The notes: generated by a model from the sequence alone, not told the origin. A stretch of DNA of 64,000 nucleotides from an uncultured archaeon (GCA_964613955.1 CAZTJN010000001.1:97656-161655); one strand, 5' to 3'; positions 39,193 to 50,242 are shown, counted from the stretch's first letter. Numbers and translations: made by a program.

Positions 39193-40836
39193 TTAGACAA
39201 TCTCCAGCGTTGCGTTATAAACCTCTATAGACCCTTCTCTGAAAAGAAATTTTAGATTGAAAGTATTCTCTATGTACGCATAATCTCCACTGTATACATC
39301 TTCAAGATTTTCGTCCCTTAGAAATACTATACAGGCATCTTTGCCTATTTTGTCTATATCAAAATATTCTTCGAAACGGTAAATTTGAATTGAAATTCTG
39401 TGATTATTTTTTATCACATCGCTTCTTGCTGTGAATAAAAGAGGTGATATGATTGTACAGTTGTCCGGTGTTCTTTTTAGAGCTGCAACGAATTCTTCAA
39501 GACCTAAGAATCTAGAATCCTTGAATAGGGTGGTGGGCATATGCAAACCCGAAGTTACAAATACCATAATCAAAATTGCCAGTATGAAAAGGTTTTTATC
39601 AACCCTCAGGGATTTTCTTATCTTGAACAAAGCAAATGATGCAAGAATTACATAAGGTAGTTGAAATTGCAGACTGTTTCTTAAGTAGGCAGAACAAAGT
39701 TCCATATCAAATTCACAGTAGTAAATGAAAGAAAAAAGAAGAAAATAAACTAAAAACCAAGCAATGATAAACAATTTCTCCTTTCTGAAATCAGATTTTA
39801 TTAACAGGATGATACCAATTAAAAATAATATAGTGACAACAGGATTGTACAATATTGCATTCATTTCAATAATTTCAGGAGGATATTGGTTGAAGAGCAC
39901 AGCACCATTTTTCAAAATACCGGAAGGTATGTAAGAAACGAAATATCTAATTTCATTCCCCCAAAAGGGTTCTATTTCCCTAAGACCAATTGGCTTGTAA
40001 ATGATCAGAGACTGAACAAATAGCTGCAGTAATACGAATATAACGATTATGGAAAACAACTTTCCAAGTGAAGTATAGATATTTTTTATTTTTTTATCTT
40101 TGAAGAAATTAAAGATAAAGAGACCAAGGATGAATACTATCAACATAATAAGGTTTTCCTGTCTAATATAGACTGAATACGAGAAGAGTATAACAAATAG
40201 TATCCAACTTTTGAGTTTATTTGTTTTTAGGGAAATGAGGTAGGCAAGAACAGCAAGGGCGATGAAAAAAACCGACACAGACCTCGCATTGGGTATACTT
40301 GCATGAAATATACTGAGCGGAACCATTGCGTACAATATAGCCGAATAAAGACCAATTTCCTCTCTTTTTGTCAGAAGATAAGATATCAGAAATACCAAAA
40401 TTATTGTAAGACTGCTGCACAAATCTGATATATAATTTGCGTACAAGGTATTAAATCCAAAAATCGAATACGACAACATTATAAGGAACGGGTATCCAGG
40501 AGGAGCGTTCGTTGGTTCATAATCGAAACATTCTTCATAACTGCCAAAATTACAATGGCTGTACATGCGTCCCGTTTTTTGTAACCATAGAGCATATTCT
40601 TCAAATGGGTAACCACCATGATAATAAGCTACGTAACTGGAATGAAAGCTTTCACTCCTTAAAGAAAAACCAAATAAAAAAATCACCAGAAGAAAGGCCC
40701 ATACTTTTTTATCAATTTTATGAAATTGATTTTTGATGTCTTTTAAGTTCAAAAATAAGAATATGATAAGAATGAGAAAATGTATCGATAATATGGGAAT
40801 CAAGTATGGTTCCAAAAAATGGTAAATTTGTTCCAT
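39193..40836 (-). CDS. GT-C multi-TM glycosyltransferase, subfamily A
   Basis: FLEPYLIPILSIHF leader, PPGYPFLI, YIRQEN, PTTLFKDSR. Confidence 0.82.
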   Translation of the reverse strand: MEQIYHFLEPYLIPILSIHFLILIIFLFLNLKDIKNQFHKIDKKVWAFLLVIFLFGFSLRSESFHSSYVAYYHGGYPFEEYALWLQKTGRMYSHCNFGSYEECFDYEPTNAPPGYPFLIMLSYSIFGFNTLYANYISDLCSSLTIILVFLISYLLTKREEIGLYSAILYAMVPLSIFHASIPNARSVSVFFIALAVLAYLISLKTNKLKSWILFVILFSYSVYIRQENLIMLIVFILGLFIFNFFKDKKIKNIYTSLGKLFSIIVIFVLLQLFVQSLIIYKPIGLREIEPFWGNEIRYFVSYIPSGILKNGAVLFNQYPPEIIEMNAILYNPVVTILFLIGIILLIKSDFRKEKLFIIAWFLVYFLLFSFIYYCEFDMELCSAYLRNSLQFQLPYVILASFALFKIRKSLRVDKNLFILAILIMVFVTSGLHMPTTLFKDSRFLGLEEFVAALKRTPDNCTIISPLLFTARSDVIKNNHRISIQIYRFEEYFDIDKIGKDACIVFLRDENLEDVYSGDYAYIENTFNLKFLFREGSIEVYNATLEIV

Positions 40837-40888
40837 GAATATTTTATTTCTAAGCGTTTTTTAAAAGTTTAGATTCATAAAAATAGTT

Positions 40889-42271
40889 ATGAAAATACTG
40901 CTGGCCTACCCTAAGATGAAATACGTAACCGGAGACCCCCCTCTGGGGATAGCGTATCTGGCCTCATACATAATAGAGAGGGGGTATGAAGTCAAAATCC
41001 TAGACACCACATTCAATCATTCTTGGAACTTCGTGGAGAAGACAATAAGGAAAGAAAAACCTGACATACTTGGTATTTATTCTGCAACCACCATGATCAA
41101 GGACGCTCTGAAGACGGCAGATATAGGGAAGGCGGGTGGTGTCCCACTGGTTGTTCTGGGAGGTCCACACCCTTCGATGCGCCCGGAAGAGACCTTAAAT
41201 CACAAAAGTGTGGATGCGGTGGTTGTCGGAGAGGGGGAATATTCATTTCATAAAATTGTGCAAACTTTCGAGGAAACTGGAGATACGAGAAAGTTCTCGA
41301 AAATACCGAATGTCTACTTCAAGTTAAACGGGAAAATCAAAAGGAACAAAGAGAGGTATTTTATAAAAAATTTGGACACCATTCCCTTTCCGGCTAGGGA
41401 ACTTCTTGATATGGGAAACTACATAAAACACTGGTTCCAGATGGATGTTGTTTCTCCAGGATTGAAAGGAACGGCCATATTCACTTCACGCTCCTGTCCT
41501 TATAACTGCACATTCTGCCAGCCAACAGTGAACAGGATGTTCGGGAACATCATAAGGAGAAGAAGTCCGGAGAATATCATAGAAGAGCTCAAGCACCTGA
41601 AGAAGAAATACAAAATCAATGCATTCCAAATATATGACGACATTTTCTTGATTGACAGCAACTACATTGAAAGTTTTTGTAACAAATTAATGGAAGAAGA
41701 TTTGGGTTTGTTGTGGACATGTCACGGAAGGGTGAACATCTTATTTGAAGAAAAACTGGTTAAAAAGATGCATGCCGCCGGTTTGAGGTCGGTAGGCATT
41801 GGTATAGAGTCAGGTTCTCAGAGAATAGTTGATATGTACAAGAAGGGAATAAATTTAAACCAGGTCAAAAAGGCAATCAAATCTTTCAGAAAACACGGAA
41901 TTAAGATAAGGGGATTCTTCATTATGGGTGCGCCCACAGAAACGGTAAAAGAAATGAAAAAAACCATACATTTTGCTGTAAATTCAAGGATAGATGAGGG
42001 CGTTTTTTCGATTTTGTGCCCATTCCCTGGAACGTATATTTACGAGATGGCGAAGGAAAGGGGATGGGAAATAAGTGAGGAATGGGATCCCGATTTTTAC
42101 TATTCCAGGTCCGGATTCAAGTCCGGAACGCTTCCTGAAAAACTCATCAAGAGATACCAGCAGCTTGCGATGCTCCTTTTCTACTTTCATCCATTCAGGG
42201 CAAGGTATCTGTTAAATTCCCTGTTTAATCCAAGGAGGAGTTTGGCAAAAATAAAAACATACTTCATTTAA
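40889..42271 (+). CDS. B12-binding-domain radical SAM enzyme
   Basis: PPLGIAYLAS, GGPHPS, GEGE, RSCPYNCTFC, GIESGS, PFPGT. Confidence 0.94.
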   Translation: MKILLAYPKMKYVTGDPPLGIAYLASYIIERGYEVKILDTTFNHSWNFVEKTIRKEKPDILGIYSATTMIKDALKTADIGKAGGVPLVVLGGPHPSMRPEETLNHKSVDAVVVGEGEYSFHKIVQTFEETGDTRKFSKIPNVYFKLNGKIKRNKERYFIKNLDTIPFPARELLDMGNYIKHWFQMDVVSPGLKGTAIFTSRSCPYNCTFCQPTVNRMFGNIIRRRSPENIIEELKHLKKKYKINAFQIYDDIFLIDSNYIESFCNKLMEEDLGLLWTCHGRVNILFEEKLVKKMHAAGLRSVGIGIESGSQRIVDMYKKGINLNQVKKAIKSFRKHGIKIRGFFIMGAPTETVKEMKKTIHFAVNSRIDEGVFSILCPFPGTYIYEMAKERGWEISEEWDPDFYYSRSGFKSGTLPEKLIKRYQQLAMLLFYFHPFRARYLLNSLFNPRRSLAKIKTYFI

Positions 42272-42287
42272 ATGTGTTTTTTAAATA

Positions 42288-43976
42288 ATGAATATGCCCC
42301 CCCTGCTTTCATCAAGAAACAAAGAAATATTATTAATACTGCTCCTTTTTCTGATAAGTTTCTCAATAAATCTCTACAACTGGGACTCCCTTTCTCTCTT
42401 TGAGGGGAGAGCGGATATACATATGGCAAAGATATTTTCTTTTGAAAATTTTGAGATGGCAGGAGGGTACACGGGAACGATATTTTTTCTTTTGCTCATG
42501 AGAGCAGTCCTTGGTCTCAATTTGTTTTCAGTCAGGCTGGCTTCTGCCATTTCCATAGCCTCTATTGTTGTTCTAATTTACCTGTTTACAAAGGATTATT
42601 TAGGCAGGAGAACAGCGCTATTAACGTCTGTAATGCTCATTACCGCCCCGGTTTTCATTACCATGTGTATCAGCGAAGTTCCTTACCTTGCGTTTTTCCC
42701 TGCTCTGCTATCCTTTCTCTTCTACAGATACTACAGAACAAGAGATATTCGATACCTATATATCTACGCATTGGTAGGTGGATACAGCCTTTATCACAAA
42801 TTAATAAATCTGTATTTTCTAATCAGTTTAATCGTTTCTTTCATTCTAGTCAAATGGATGTTCAAAATAAAAAGCAATTTTAATTTAAACAAAAAGTCGA
42901 TCTTAATTCTAGTTTTCTTCTTCATTATAGGTTTGTCGCCTCTTATAATTCATAATATACGTTATGACTTTCCGTTGCTATCAAAAATAGACGGGTTGAT
43001 ATTTTCTGAAGAACACGAGGGTTTATCGATAATCAGCAAAATAAACAAAAAAATATTACAGTTTGCGAGAATTGAATATAGTTTAGGTCTTCCAATTTCA
43101 GAGGATATCGTATTCCTAGAGCCTCACAGTCCAATTCTCCCCTTCCCCAGATTCTACCATTTCAACCTGTCCATATTTTTAATGTCCTTAATTCTTTTTG
43201 TCATTTCAAGAGATCCAAAAAAGATATTCCTACTCTTATTGATTTTCTTCTTCTCCTGCTTAACAATTTTAAGCCCCACAGACCCGATAATTGCTCATTA
43301 CTTGCCTGTACAGCCGTTCTTCTTTATAGTAATGGCCTCCGGTCTTGTTATGATTTACAAATCGAATATCAAAATTTTCAAAATAAAAAACTTAAACAAA
43401 GTTTTATTTTTCATGTTAATCGGACTCTTCATCTTTCTTAACTTCTCCAATGTTCTCACGTTTTTAGCCTTGAGTAAGGACCAGGTATTCGTAGAGGAAA
43501 CTTTACCAGAATTTGCTATTATACATCACAACTTGGTAGAGAGTTTGGAGGAAGCAGATGTGATTGTGGTGCCTTCATATAGCTCATTTGGTGATTATAT
43601 ACCTCAATATTATCCAGAGAAGAAAACAACAAATTTTTGTGATGCATTCTACGATGAAAAAAATGACGTATGTTCATTCGTTTCATGTAGTGCTGATGAT
43701 TTATTTTTTCTCAAAAACAAAGGGGTGAAATACGTTCTTCCCTATTTGTCTGAAAATCTAACAGCCTATAATTTAACAGGTTATGGGCTCATAAAAGGAC
43801 CAATTAGGAACTGCAAGATCGCCTTCGGACCTTATGGTAACTTCAACAATACGAACTATCCTTTGGAATTCCTTCTGAGCGAGGCAGCAAAAAAGAAAAA
43901 GACCTTAAGACTGGAAAAGGATTTTGTAAATGCCCATGGAGAAGTCGTTTACAAGATCTATTCGATTGAAAATTGA
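42288..43976 (+). CDS. GT-C multi-TM glycosyltransferase, subfamily B
   Basis: NLYNW, SVRL, YHKLINLY, C-terminal LEKDFVNAHGEVVYKIYS. Confidence 0.8.
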   Translation: MNMPPLLSSRNKEILLILLLFLISFSINLYNWDSLSLFEGRADIHMAKIFSFENFEMAGGYTGTIFFLLLMRAVLGLNLFSVRLASAISIASIVVLIYLFTKDYLGRRTALLTSVMLITAPVFITMCISEVPYLAFFPALLSFLFYRYYRTRDIRYLYIYALVGGYSLYHKLINLYFLISLIVSFILVKWMFKIKSNFNLNKKSILILVFFFIIGLSPLIIHNIRYDFPLLSKIDGLIFSEEHEGLSIISKINKKILQFARIEYSLGLPISEDIVFLEPHSPILPFPRFYHFNLSIFLMSLILFVISRDPKKIFLLLLIFFFSCLTILSPTDPIIAHYLPVQPFFFIVMASGLVMIYKSNIKIFKIKNLNKVLFFMLIGLFIFLNFSNVLTFLALSKDQVFVEETLPEFAIIHHNLVESLEEADVIVVPSYSSFGDYIPQYYPEKKTTNFCDAFYDEKNDVCSFVSCSADDLFFLKNKGVKYVLPYLSENLTAYNLTGYGLIKGPIRNCKIAFGPYGNFNNTNYPLEFLLSEAAKKKKTLRLEKDFVNAHGEVVYKIYSIEN

Positions 43977-44010
43977 ATGCTTATAAAAAATTCTATTACA
44001 AAAATTCTAT

Positions 44011-45777
44011 ATGGATATTTTTACCCTTTACACTGAAAATTTGATCCCTCTGCTCTGTATACAAGTCGTAGTTTTCCTGTTGTTATTCTTTCTGAACATG
44101 GAAACCTTCAAAAGAGAATTCAGGAATGTGGATAAGAGGTACCTCATATTTTTGGCGGCTCTTGTCTTCATGATGCTGGCTTTGTATTCAAACACCACAG
44201 GATACGAGGGTGATTGGAAGTTTTGGCCAATGTCTGTAGCCAAGGACTTCTCCATGGGCAAAACCAATCTGTACTTCATGGACCCGTCAACTGTCAAGGG
44301 AAGAGTGGAGGGAAGGGACCCGTACCCTTGGGGACCGCTGACACCATTCCTACTTGGCATATTTTATTCGATATTAGGCATAAGTTCAGGAACAGTCTAC
44401 CTGTTTTACGGAACTGTACTCGCATTAAGCATGATTTCATTTTTCTTTTTGGGGTATATTTTGTTCAGGGACGGGAAGGTTTCAATACTTCTGGTATCTC
44501 TCTTTTGCATGGTTTTTCATGAAAGTTTTTTGGGAGGAAGTCTGGCGGAGTTTGACCTCGTCTTGCATTTATTTGTTTCCATGAGCCTGCTTTTTTCGTT
44601 AATGGCGTACAAAACGAACAAACATGTAATGTATATGCTCTCTCTTGTTTCCATTCTGCTTGCGGCGGAGATAAGATTTGAAGTCCTCGTTTTGTTCCCC
44701 GTATTCATCACGGGCATGCTCCTCTACAGAGTAAAGGACATGAAGAGGGTAAAGGAATTCTGGCTAAAAGGAATCGCTCCTGCAATGCTACTGTTCTTTG
44801 TCTTCCTGCCTGTCATTCTCACTCACGGATTTTCACATCATTTCTGGTCGCACAATGAAAGGGTATTTGGTCAATTCTGGGGCAATTCAATCTTCCCATC
44901 CATACCCGAGGGCGCAGGTATAACTATGGACGGCTTCCTTTACTTCTGGACTCATAACTTATTTTTATTCTTGACACCGTTGATGCTGATAGGGTTATTT
45001 GTTTCCTTAAAAAATAAGAAATACAGAAAGGTTGCTGTCTTGCTGTTGTTGCTTTTTCTGTTGCACAACTATGTATTTTTCAAATGGGATAACGGATACG
45101 AGGAGAAGTACGCATTCGCCTCAGCAGTTCCGTACATTTTACTTGCAGGATTGGGCATTAACGGTATCGTTAATTTTAAAGAAAAGCCCAAGTTTATAAA
45201 GGTAGGCACTATCTTGATTGGTATCTACCTTGTGTGTGTCTGGGGAGTTTTGTTTTCAGGTTTTCTTTATGACAAGAAAACTTCGGACCCCCTTGATACA
45301 AGCGACTTCGAGGAAGATGTTAAATCAATCCAAAATTATATAACAGGGGAAAAGCCAAACATACTGATGATGTCCACCGAGAGTACCAATCATAAATTCG
45401 AATTTCTTACTTTGTACAGCACCCTGGACTTCTTCAAGTATATATCAGATAATTTCTTGATTAGGAACTATCTTGGTGGCGAAAATGAATTTGGTATCAA
45501 CTTCCAAAGGGGGGGATTTTATTTTAATTCAACCTTGGAAGAAGTTCAAAGCAGGGTTTCTGAACTGTCAATGAATTTTACAGTCGAACGCATCATGAAC
45601 AATAAAACTATCCAAGAAATTATAAAGGATACTCTACTCACCAATAACACGTACGCAGTTTACGATAAATGCGGTTGTTGTGAATCGGAAATCACTCACA
45701 AAATCCTGACTAATGTTTTTAATACCGAGATTTTGTATGAAGGTGAATGCCTGAGACTTTATCATGTAGGTGGTTAA
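44011..45777 (+). CDS. GT-C multi-TM glycosyltransferase, subfamily A (divergent)
   Basis: ENLIPLLCIQ..FFLNMETFKREF leader, EIRFE, many TMs, C-terminal GECLRLYHV. Confidence 0.75.
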   Translation: MDIFTLYTENLIPLLCIQVVVFLLLFFLNMETFKREFRNVDKRYLIFLAALVFMMLALYSNTTGYEGDWKFWPMSVAKDFSMGKTNLYFMDPSTVKGRVEGRDPYPWGPLTPFLLGIFYSILGISSGTVYLFYGTVLALSMISFFFLGYILFRDGKVSILLVSLFCMVFHESFLGGSLAEFDLVLHLFVSMSLLFSLMAYKTNKHVMYMLSLVSILLAAEIRFEVLVLFPVFITGMLLYRVKDMKRVKEFWLKGIAPAMLLFFVFLPVILTHGFSHHFWSHNERVFGQFWGNSIFPSIPEGAGITMDGFLYFWTHNLFLFLTPLMLIGLFVSLKNKKYRKVAVLLLLLFLLHNYVFFKWDNGYEEKYAFASAVPYILLAGLGINGIVNFKEKPKFIKVGTILIGIYLVCVWGVLFSGFLYDKKTSDPLDTSDFEEDVKSIQNYITGEKPNILMMSTESTNHKFEFLTLYSTLDFFKYISDNFLIRNYLGGENEFGINFQRGGFYFNSTLEEVQSRVSELSMNFTVERIMNNKTIQEIIKDTLLTNNTYAVYDKCGCCESEITHKILTNVFNTEILYEGECLRLYHVGG

Positions 45778-47201
45778 CTTCTAGTTTTCTGAATTTCAAA
45801 AAGAAACCTTGTTGTCTTCCTCACGAGTTCCATTTCATTCATTACTCCTATTCGTAGCAGATTCTTCCAGTGTCTCAAGATAAAAGAAGGGCGTGCGTAG
45901 TATTTCCAGTAGAACTCTTTCTGTGCTCTCATCAGTCTTCCAGAGGGGACATTGCTGAAGTTGTGGATAAGTGTATCATAATGTGAAAACCTGCTAAAAA
46001 GGAATTTTTTCCTAAACTTTTCAAATATTGGCGAACCAGGATAGGGCGTAAAAAAAGCGACCTGTATGAGGTCAGAATCAATTTCCAAGGCGAGCTTGAA
46101 CGTTTTCTCTATCTCTTCCATGGTTTCTGTGGGACACCCTATCATAAAGAAGCAAACGGTAAACATATCCTCTTTATTTATCATGGAGGACGATTTTTTT
46201 ATCTCTCTCACCGTTATGCCCTTTCTCAATATATTCAGAATTCTGTCAGAACCGGATTCCACACCAAAACAGAGCGTTTCGCACCCGGAACTCTTCATCT
46301 CTTTTAACATCTCCCTGTTTATGTGGTTCAGTTTTATCTGTGCCGCCCATCTGACGTTAAGCTTACGTCTCTTCATCTCTTTGCATAGTGCAAGAACCCA
46401 TTTCTGATCGAAAGAAAAATTATCATCAAGGAAGAATATAGACTTAACCCCGAACCTATTTGTAATATATTCCATTTCATCAACTACATTTCTAGGGGTT
46501 CTTTTCCTAAACTTCTTCCCGTATGATACCCTGAGGGTCGGTGAACAAAATATACATTTGTATGGACACCCCCTGGTAGCTATGATGAAACCCCACTTAG
46601 TTTTTTTCGAAGCTGAGGGATAATAAATTCTGTAAAGTCCATTGGAGAACCATTCGTGTTTTGGGTAGGGAAGCGAATCCAGATCTTCTATTAACCTCTG
46701 TGGTTTTGTCTTAACAAACGAATTTCTCTCAGAATCAAAAAATGCGATTCCTCTTATCTTTCTGAAATTTTTTTTATTTCTCGACAAAGAGTTACACACA
46801 TCCAGAATAGTTTTTTCGGCTTCACCTATCATACAAATGTCAACTGGGGAATTTTTAAAAACCAATGTGTCTGGCAAGGCACTGGCATGCTGGCCCATGA
46901 AAATTATTTTCGAAGCATATTTTTCCTTGAAATACCTTGCCAATTTCATTGCGACCTCATATGCTGCGGTAGTCAAATGTATGACAACTATGCTTGGTCT
47001 GACTTTCCAGTTGAGAATCGTCCCATAAAAGTTTTTTTTGAAGATAGAATCAATTATGTGCACATTATAACCGTTCTTTTCCAAAACAGCTGCGCAGTAA
47101 CCAATATCCAGAGGGGGCTGAATGTTTATTGGGTGCTCCTTCTTAAAAACCAGATTGCTTGACAAACGAATGAACAAGATATTTTTCAATTTATCACCCA
47201 A
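45774..47201 (-). CDS. B12-binding-domain radical SAM enzyme
   Basis: PPLDIGY, GQHAS, GEAE, RGCPYKCIFC, GVESGS, PYPGS. Confidence 0.93.
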   Translation of the reverse strand: MGDKLKNILFIRLSSNLVFKKEHPINIQPPLDIGYCAAVLEKNGYNVHIIDSIFKKNFYGTILNWKVRPSIVVIHLTTAAYEVAMKLARYFKEKYASKIIFMGQHASALPDTLVFKNSPVDICMIGEAEKTILDVCNSLSRNKKNFRKIRGIAFFDSERNSFVKTKPQRLIEDLDSLPYPKHEWFSNGLYRIYYPSASKKTKWGFIIATRGCPYKCIFCSPTLRVSYGKKFRKRTPRNVVDEMEYITNRFGVKSIFFLDDNFSFDQKWVLALCKEMKRRKLNVRWAAQIKLNHINREMLKEMKSSGCETLCFGVESGSDRILNILRKGITVREIKKSSSMINKEDMFTVCFFMIGCPTETMEEIEKTFKLALEIDSDLIQVAFFTPYPGSPIFEKFRKKFLFSRFSHYDTLIHNFSNVPSGRLMRAQKEFYWKYYARPSFILRHWKNLLRIGVMNEMELVRKTTRFLFEIQKTRS

Positions 47202-48339
47202 ATAACATGCGCAGTAGCTTGTGTTTCCTACCTTCGATCTTTATTGCTAGGTTCGGGCAAACCTCCAGACATTGCATACACCCCACACATTTTTTATAGT
47301 CTATCTTGGGAGGCGTAATAGCGTTGGCAGCACACATTTTTACGCACTCCAAACATCTCGAACATCTCTCTTCCAAAATTACTGGCTTTTCCCTTATTTT
47401 TAAAGGGATGTTCAGTTTTTTCAATGGCCACGAGATTATCCTGCTCCTCATCGCCCAATTGTCCAGAAACGACTTCTTTCGTAAAGGGATTTCGAATTCC
47501 AAAGCGGGAATTTCCCCGGAAATTTTTATTTTTTCAAAATTGCTGCCCGGAAGATTCCTTTCTGTTGCATAATTTATCTGTTTTACAGAATGAAAATCAA
47601 CCCCCATAACCTTACACGCAACCATATCAACGCTTATGTTGTTGTCTCCCACTATTAACAAGTCTCCTCTGACAGGTTTCCCGTGTGTTGGTCCTGACCC
47701 CTCCATACCCATTATCCCTTCCACTACCGATAACCTTATTCTGTGGAGAAGCTTTTCATTCAATAAGGCTATCAGCATGTCTATGTTCTTTGAATGGAAT
47801 TTCCTTCTCCCTTTTCTGTTCAGGAACCCCATCAGATTTTTCATTCCCAAGGAAACTCCGGTGAGCGTGTGCGTCTTTAATTTGGGTATGTTTATAATAC
47901 CGTCCGCATCGAAAAGTGTTTTGGGCAAATAAATATCTTCCCTGTCCAATGATATTCTAACCCATTTATCTTCTTCCGAATTTATCAGTTCTATTCTCAA
48001 ATCTTTACACATCCTTTTAAATCCTGTTATCTTCATGGTTTCCTCAAAATCGTAAATCTGTATGGGGGCCTCTATTATCAGGGGTTCGGCTCCGATCCTT
48101 TTAAGATACTTAGCTATTACCTCAACAATCCTTACATCAGTAGTTGCCCCTGTTGAGGAAGGGAATGGCGAAGATATATTTGGTTTGAGCACTATCCTTT
48201 CTCCTTTCTCAGCAAAATTGGATTTATCCAAAACCCTCAAGAACTCCCCTTTTAACGAAATAAAATTTTTGTTCCTCAAGACATAAACCTTGGACATATG
48301 AAATTCTTGACAACAATTTTTAAAAGCCAATAAACTCAT
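47194..48339 (-). CDS. DUF362 family protein with C-terminal 2x[4Fe-4S] ferredoxin domain (start may be ATG 48297)
   Basis: LKPN, ATTD, IPKLKTH..GMKNLMG, MEGSGP; CSRCLECVKMC and CVGCMQCLEVCP. Confidence 0.88.
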   Translation of the reverse strand: MSLLAFKNCCQEFHMSKVYVLRNKNFISLKGEFLRVLDKSNFAEKGERIVLKPNISSPFPSSTGATTDVRIVEVIAKYLKRIGAEPLIIEAPIQIYDFEETMKITGFKRMCKDLRIELINSEEDKWVRISLDREDIYLPKTLFDADGIINIPKLKTHTLTGVSLGMKNLMGFLNRKGRRKFHSKNIDMLIALLNEKLLHRIRLSVVEGIMGMEGSGPTHGKPVRGDLLIVGDNNISVDMVACKVMGVDFHSVKQINYATERNLPGSNFEKIKISGEIPALEFEIPLRKKSFLDNWAMRSRIISWPLKKLNIPLKIREKPVILEERCSRCLECVKMCAANAITPPKIDYKKCVGCMQCLEVCPNLAIKIEGRKHKLLRMLFG

Positions 48340-49142
48340 TTTCCTCCCAAGCGCAAATATAAATTGAAGGGGATCACATGGAAGACAACGGCGTTAATTC
48401 TGAACAGAACTGCAACCATGAAACCAAATAAAACAGGGTATCCTAAAAGATAGAAGAACAGGACCGAGTATGCCTCCAGCAAACCTCCCGCATTCTTAAA
48501 ATAGGGAACGAAATACAGAAGGCTCGATGAAGCCAAGAATATGATAATTACCGGAATATCCAGGAAAAGATTCGCTGCATAAAACACAAAAAGTGTTCTG
48601 GGAAACTCCAGAAAGTACCTGAAAAAGCATAGGGATGCATAACCCCCTAATTTCCTAGATAGAATATTTCTATGTTTTACAACCACCATCAAAACGTACA
48701 CAGTTTCGAACACCAAAATCCAAAGAAAGAAATTCCATTCTTTCACGAAAAACAAGGATACCAAAATCAAAAAGGGTATGGAAACCATGTCGGAAATATT
48801 TATTATTTTCAAAGTTTTCTCAGCTTTTTCAATCTTTAATTTTTCGGTCAGGTATTTTTTTGCTTCCCCTCCCACCACATCTAGATACACAAATTTCAAA
48901 ATAACCCTCACGCCTCTTCTTGGATTTCCCTTTAAAATAAAGGGGGCGTAGGGGAAAAGAAACGAGAGTGCTGCAACGTATCCGGCCACACCAGAGATAA
49001 CGAAATAAAACAAATTTATTCCGAAAAATAAAACAGCAATCTCATCAAAAATCCCAGCTCCATAAAAAGCAAAAAACAGCATGCACAAAATCAAGAATAA
49101 AAGGATCGAGTATTTGTACTTTGCTAAATTGTTTGGGGCCAT
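48336..49142 (-). CDS. Divergent flippase-like (LPG-synthase-TM) membrane protein
   Basis: Multi-TM; GGEAKK, P..AGGLLEA, LFR motifs. Confidence 0.6.
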   Translation of the reverse strand: MAPNNLAKYKYSILLFLILCMLFFAFYGAGIFDEIAVLFFGINLFYFVISGVAGYVAALSFLFPYAPFILKGNPRRGVRVILKFVYLDVVGGEAKKYLTEKLKIEKAEKTLKIINISDMVSIPFLILVSLFFVKEWNFFLWILVFETVYVLMVVVKHRNILSRKLGGYASLCFFRYFLEFPRTLFVFYAANLFLDIPVIIIFLASSSLLYFVPYFKNAGGLLEAYSVLFFYLLGYPVLFGFMVAVLFRINAVVFHVIPFNLYLRLGGK

Positions 49143-49321
49143 CTTATCAAGATTATATTGCTAGATTAGATTTATTAAACATCTGGATAACAAATTTTTA
49201 TGATATATGAGAGGATACTCGTAACCTTCTTGGTCTGTGTACAACTTCAAGGTACGAAGCAGGCTTAAGATTTATCCTATACAGAGGTTATTTTTTTTAA
49301 ACCTATTGATAAATTATTAAC

Positions 49322-50242
49322 ATGAAAATGAGAAGAAACCCCTTTTTGATTATTTTGGTATGCGCCATTTTTTTGCTAATTCCTTCTCTTGTTGCCGGAG
49401 CATGCCCCAAGGATGACACGTACATAAACTCCAGTACTGTTCTCTCTGGAGGTTTCTGCAAGATCGAAGACAAAAATGAAGACGGTGTACTTATAATAAT
49501 TTCTTCCAACATCGTTCTTGATTGTAACAATACTTTATTTGACGGAGGTGTATCAAAAGCAGGATATACGGTAACCGTCCCCTGCGATATGGGAATAAGA
49601 AATATCACGATCAAAAACTGCCGTGCTGTTAACTATTTCCGCGGGGCTAATATATGTGGTCTTAAAGAAAGCTCAATTTATGGAAATATATTCACCAATA
49701 TGTCTTTAAGTGGTATCGGTATGCCCTATGGTTGCAGTAATAACAAGATAACGAAAAATATTTTGGAATACAACGCAAATGAAGGAATAAGTTTTTACGG
49801 GTCAGAGTACAATACCATATCGGAAAATGTAATAAAGTATAATGGTAACGGCATAGTAATTAAAGGTGGGAATGGATGGGGTTGCCACCACAACATTATA
49901 AAGGAAAACGAAATCGAGAACAATAGGAACAATGGAATATTATATGACAGTTGTAAACATGGCATTATTTCAGGAAACATTATAAAAAATAACTCAGGAT
50001 ACGGAATACTTTTCGTAGGCGATGCAGAAGCAGACGACACAACAGGCAATGAATTCTCATCCAATGAAAAAGGGGATACCGGATTTGGAAAAACAATTGA
50101 AACTGCTTCAGGAGGGGGTATTTCTGGATTCTTTATTTGGAGTCAGGGCATTCCGGCTGCTATATTCATTATCGTGTTAATTTTAGCTTTTGTTATTATA
50201 AAAATTATTTTGCCAAAGTACAGAATTCAGAGTAAACGTTAA
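49322..50242 (+). CDS. Beta-helix (NosD-like) surface protein with C-terminal TM anchor
   Basis: Signal peptide, NIVLDCNN, GIxxxxxxNNxIxxN repeats, C-terminal TM. Confidence 0.82.
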   Translation: MKMRRNPFLIILVCAIFLLIPSLVAGACPKDDTYINSSTVLSGGFCKIEDKNEDGVLIIISSNIVLDCNNTLFDGGVSKAGYTVTVPCDMGIRNITIKNCRAVNYFRGANICGLKESSIYGNIFTNMSLSGIGMPYGCSNNKITKNILEYNANEGISFYGSEYNTISENVIKYNGNGIVIKGGNGWGCHHNIIKENEIENNRNNGILYDSCKHGIISGNIIKNNSGYGILFVGDAEADDTTGNEFSSNEKGDTGFGKTIETASGGGISGFFIWSQGIPAAIFIIVLILAFVIIKIILPKYRIQSKR

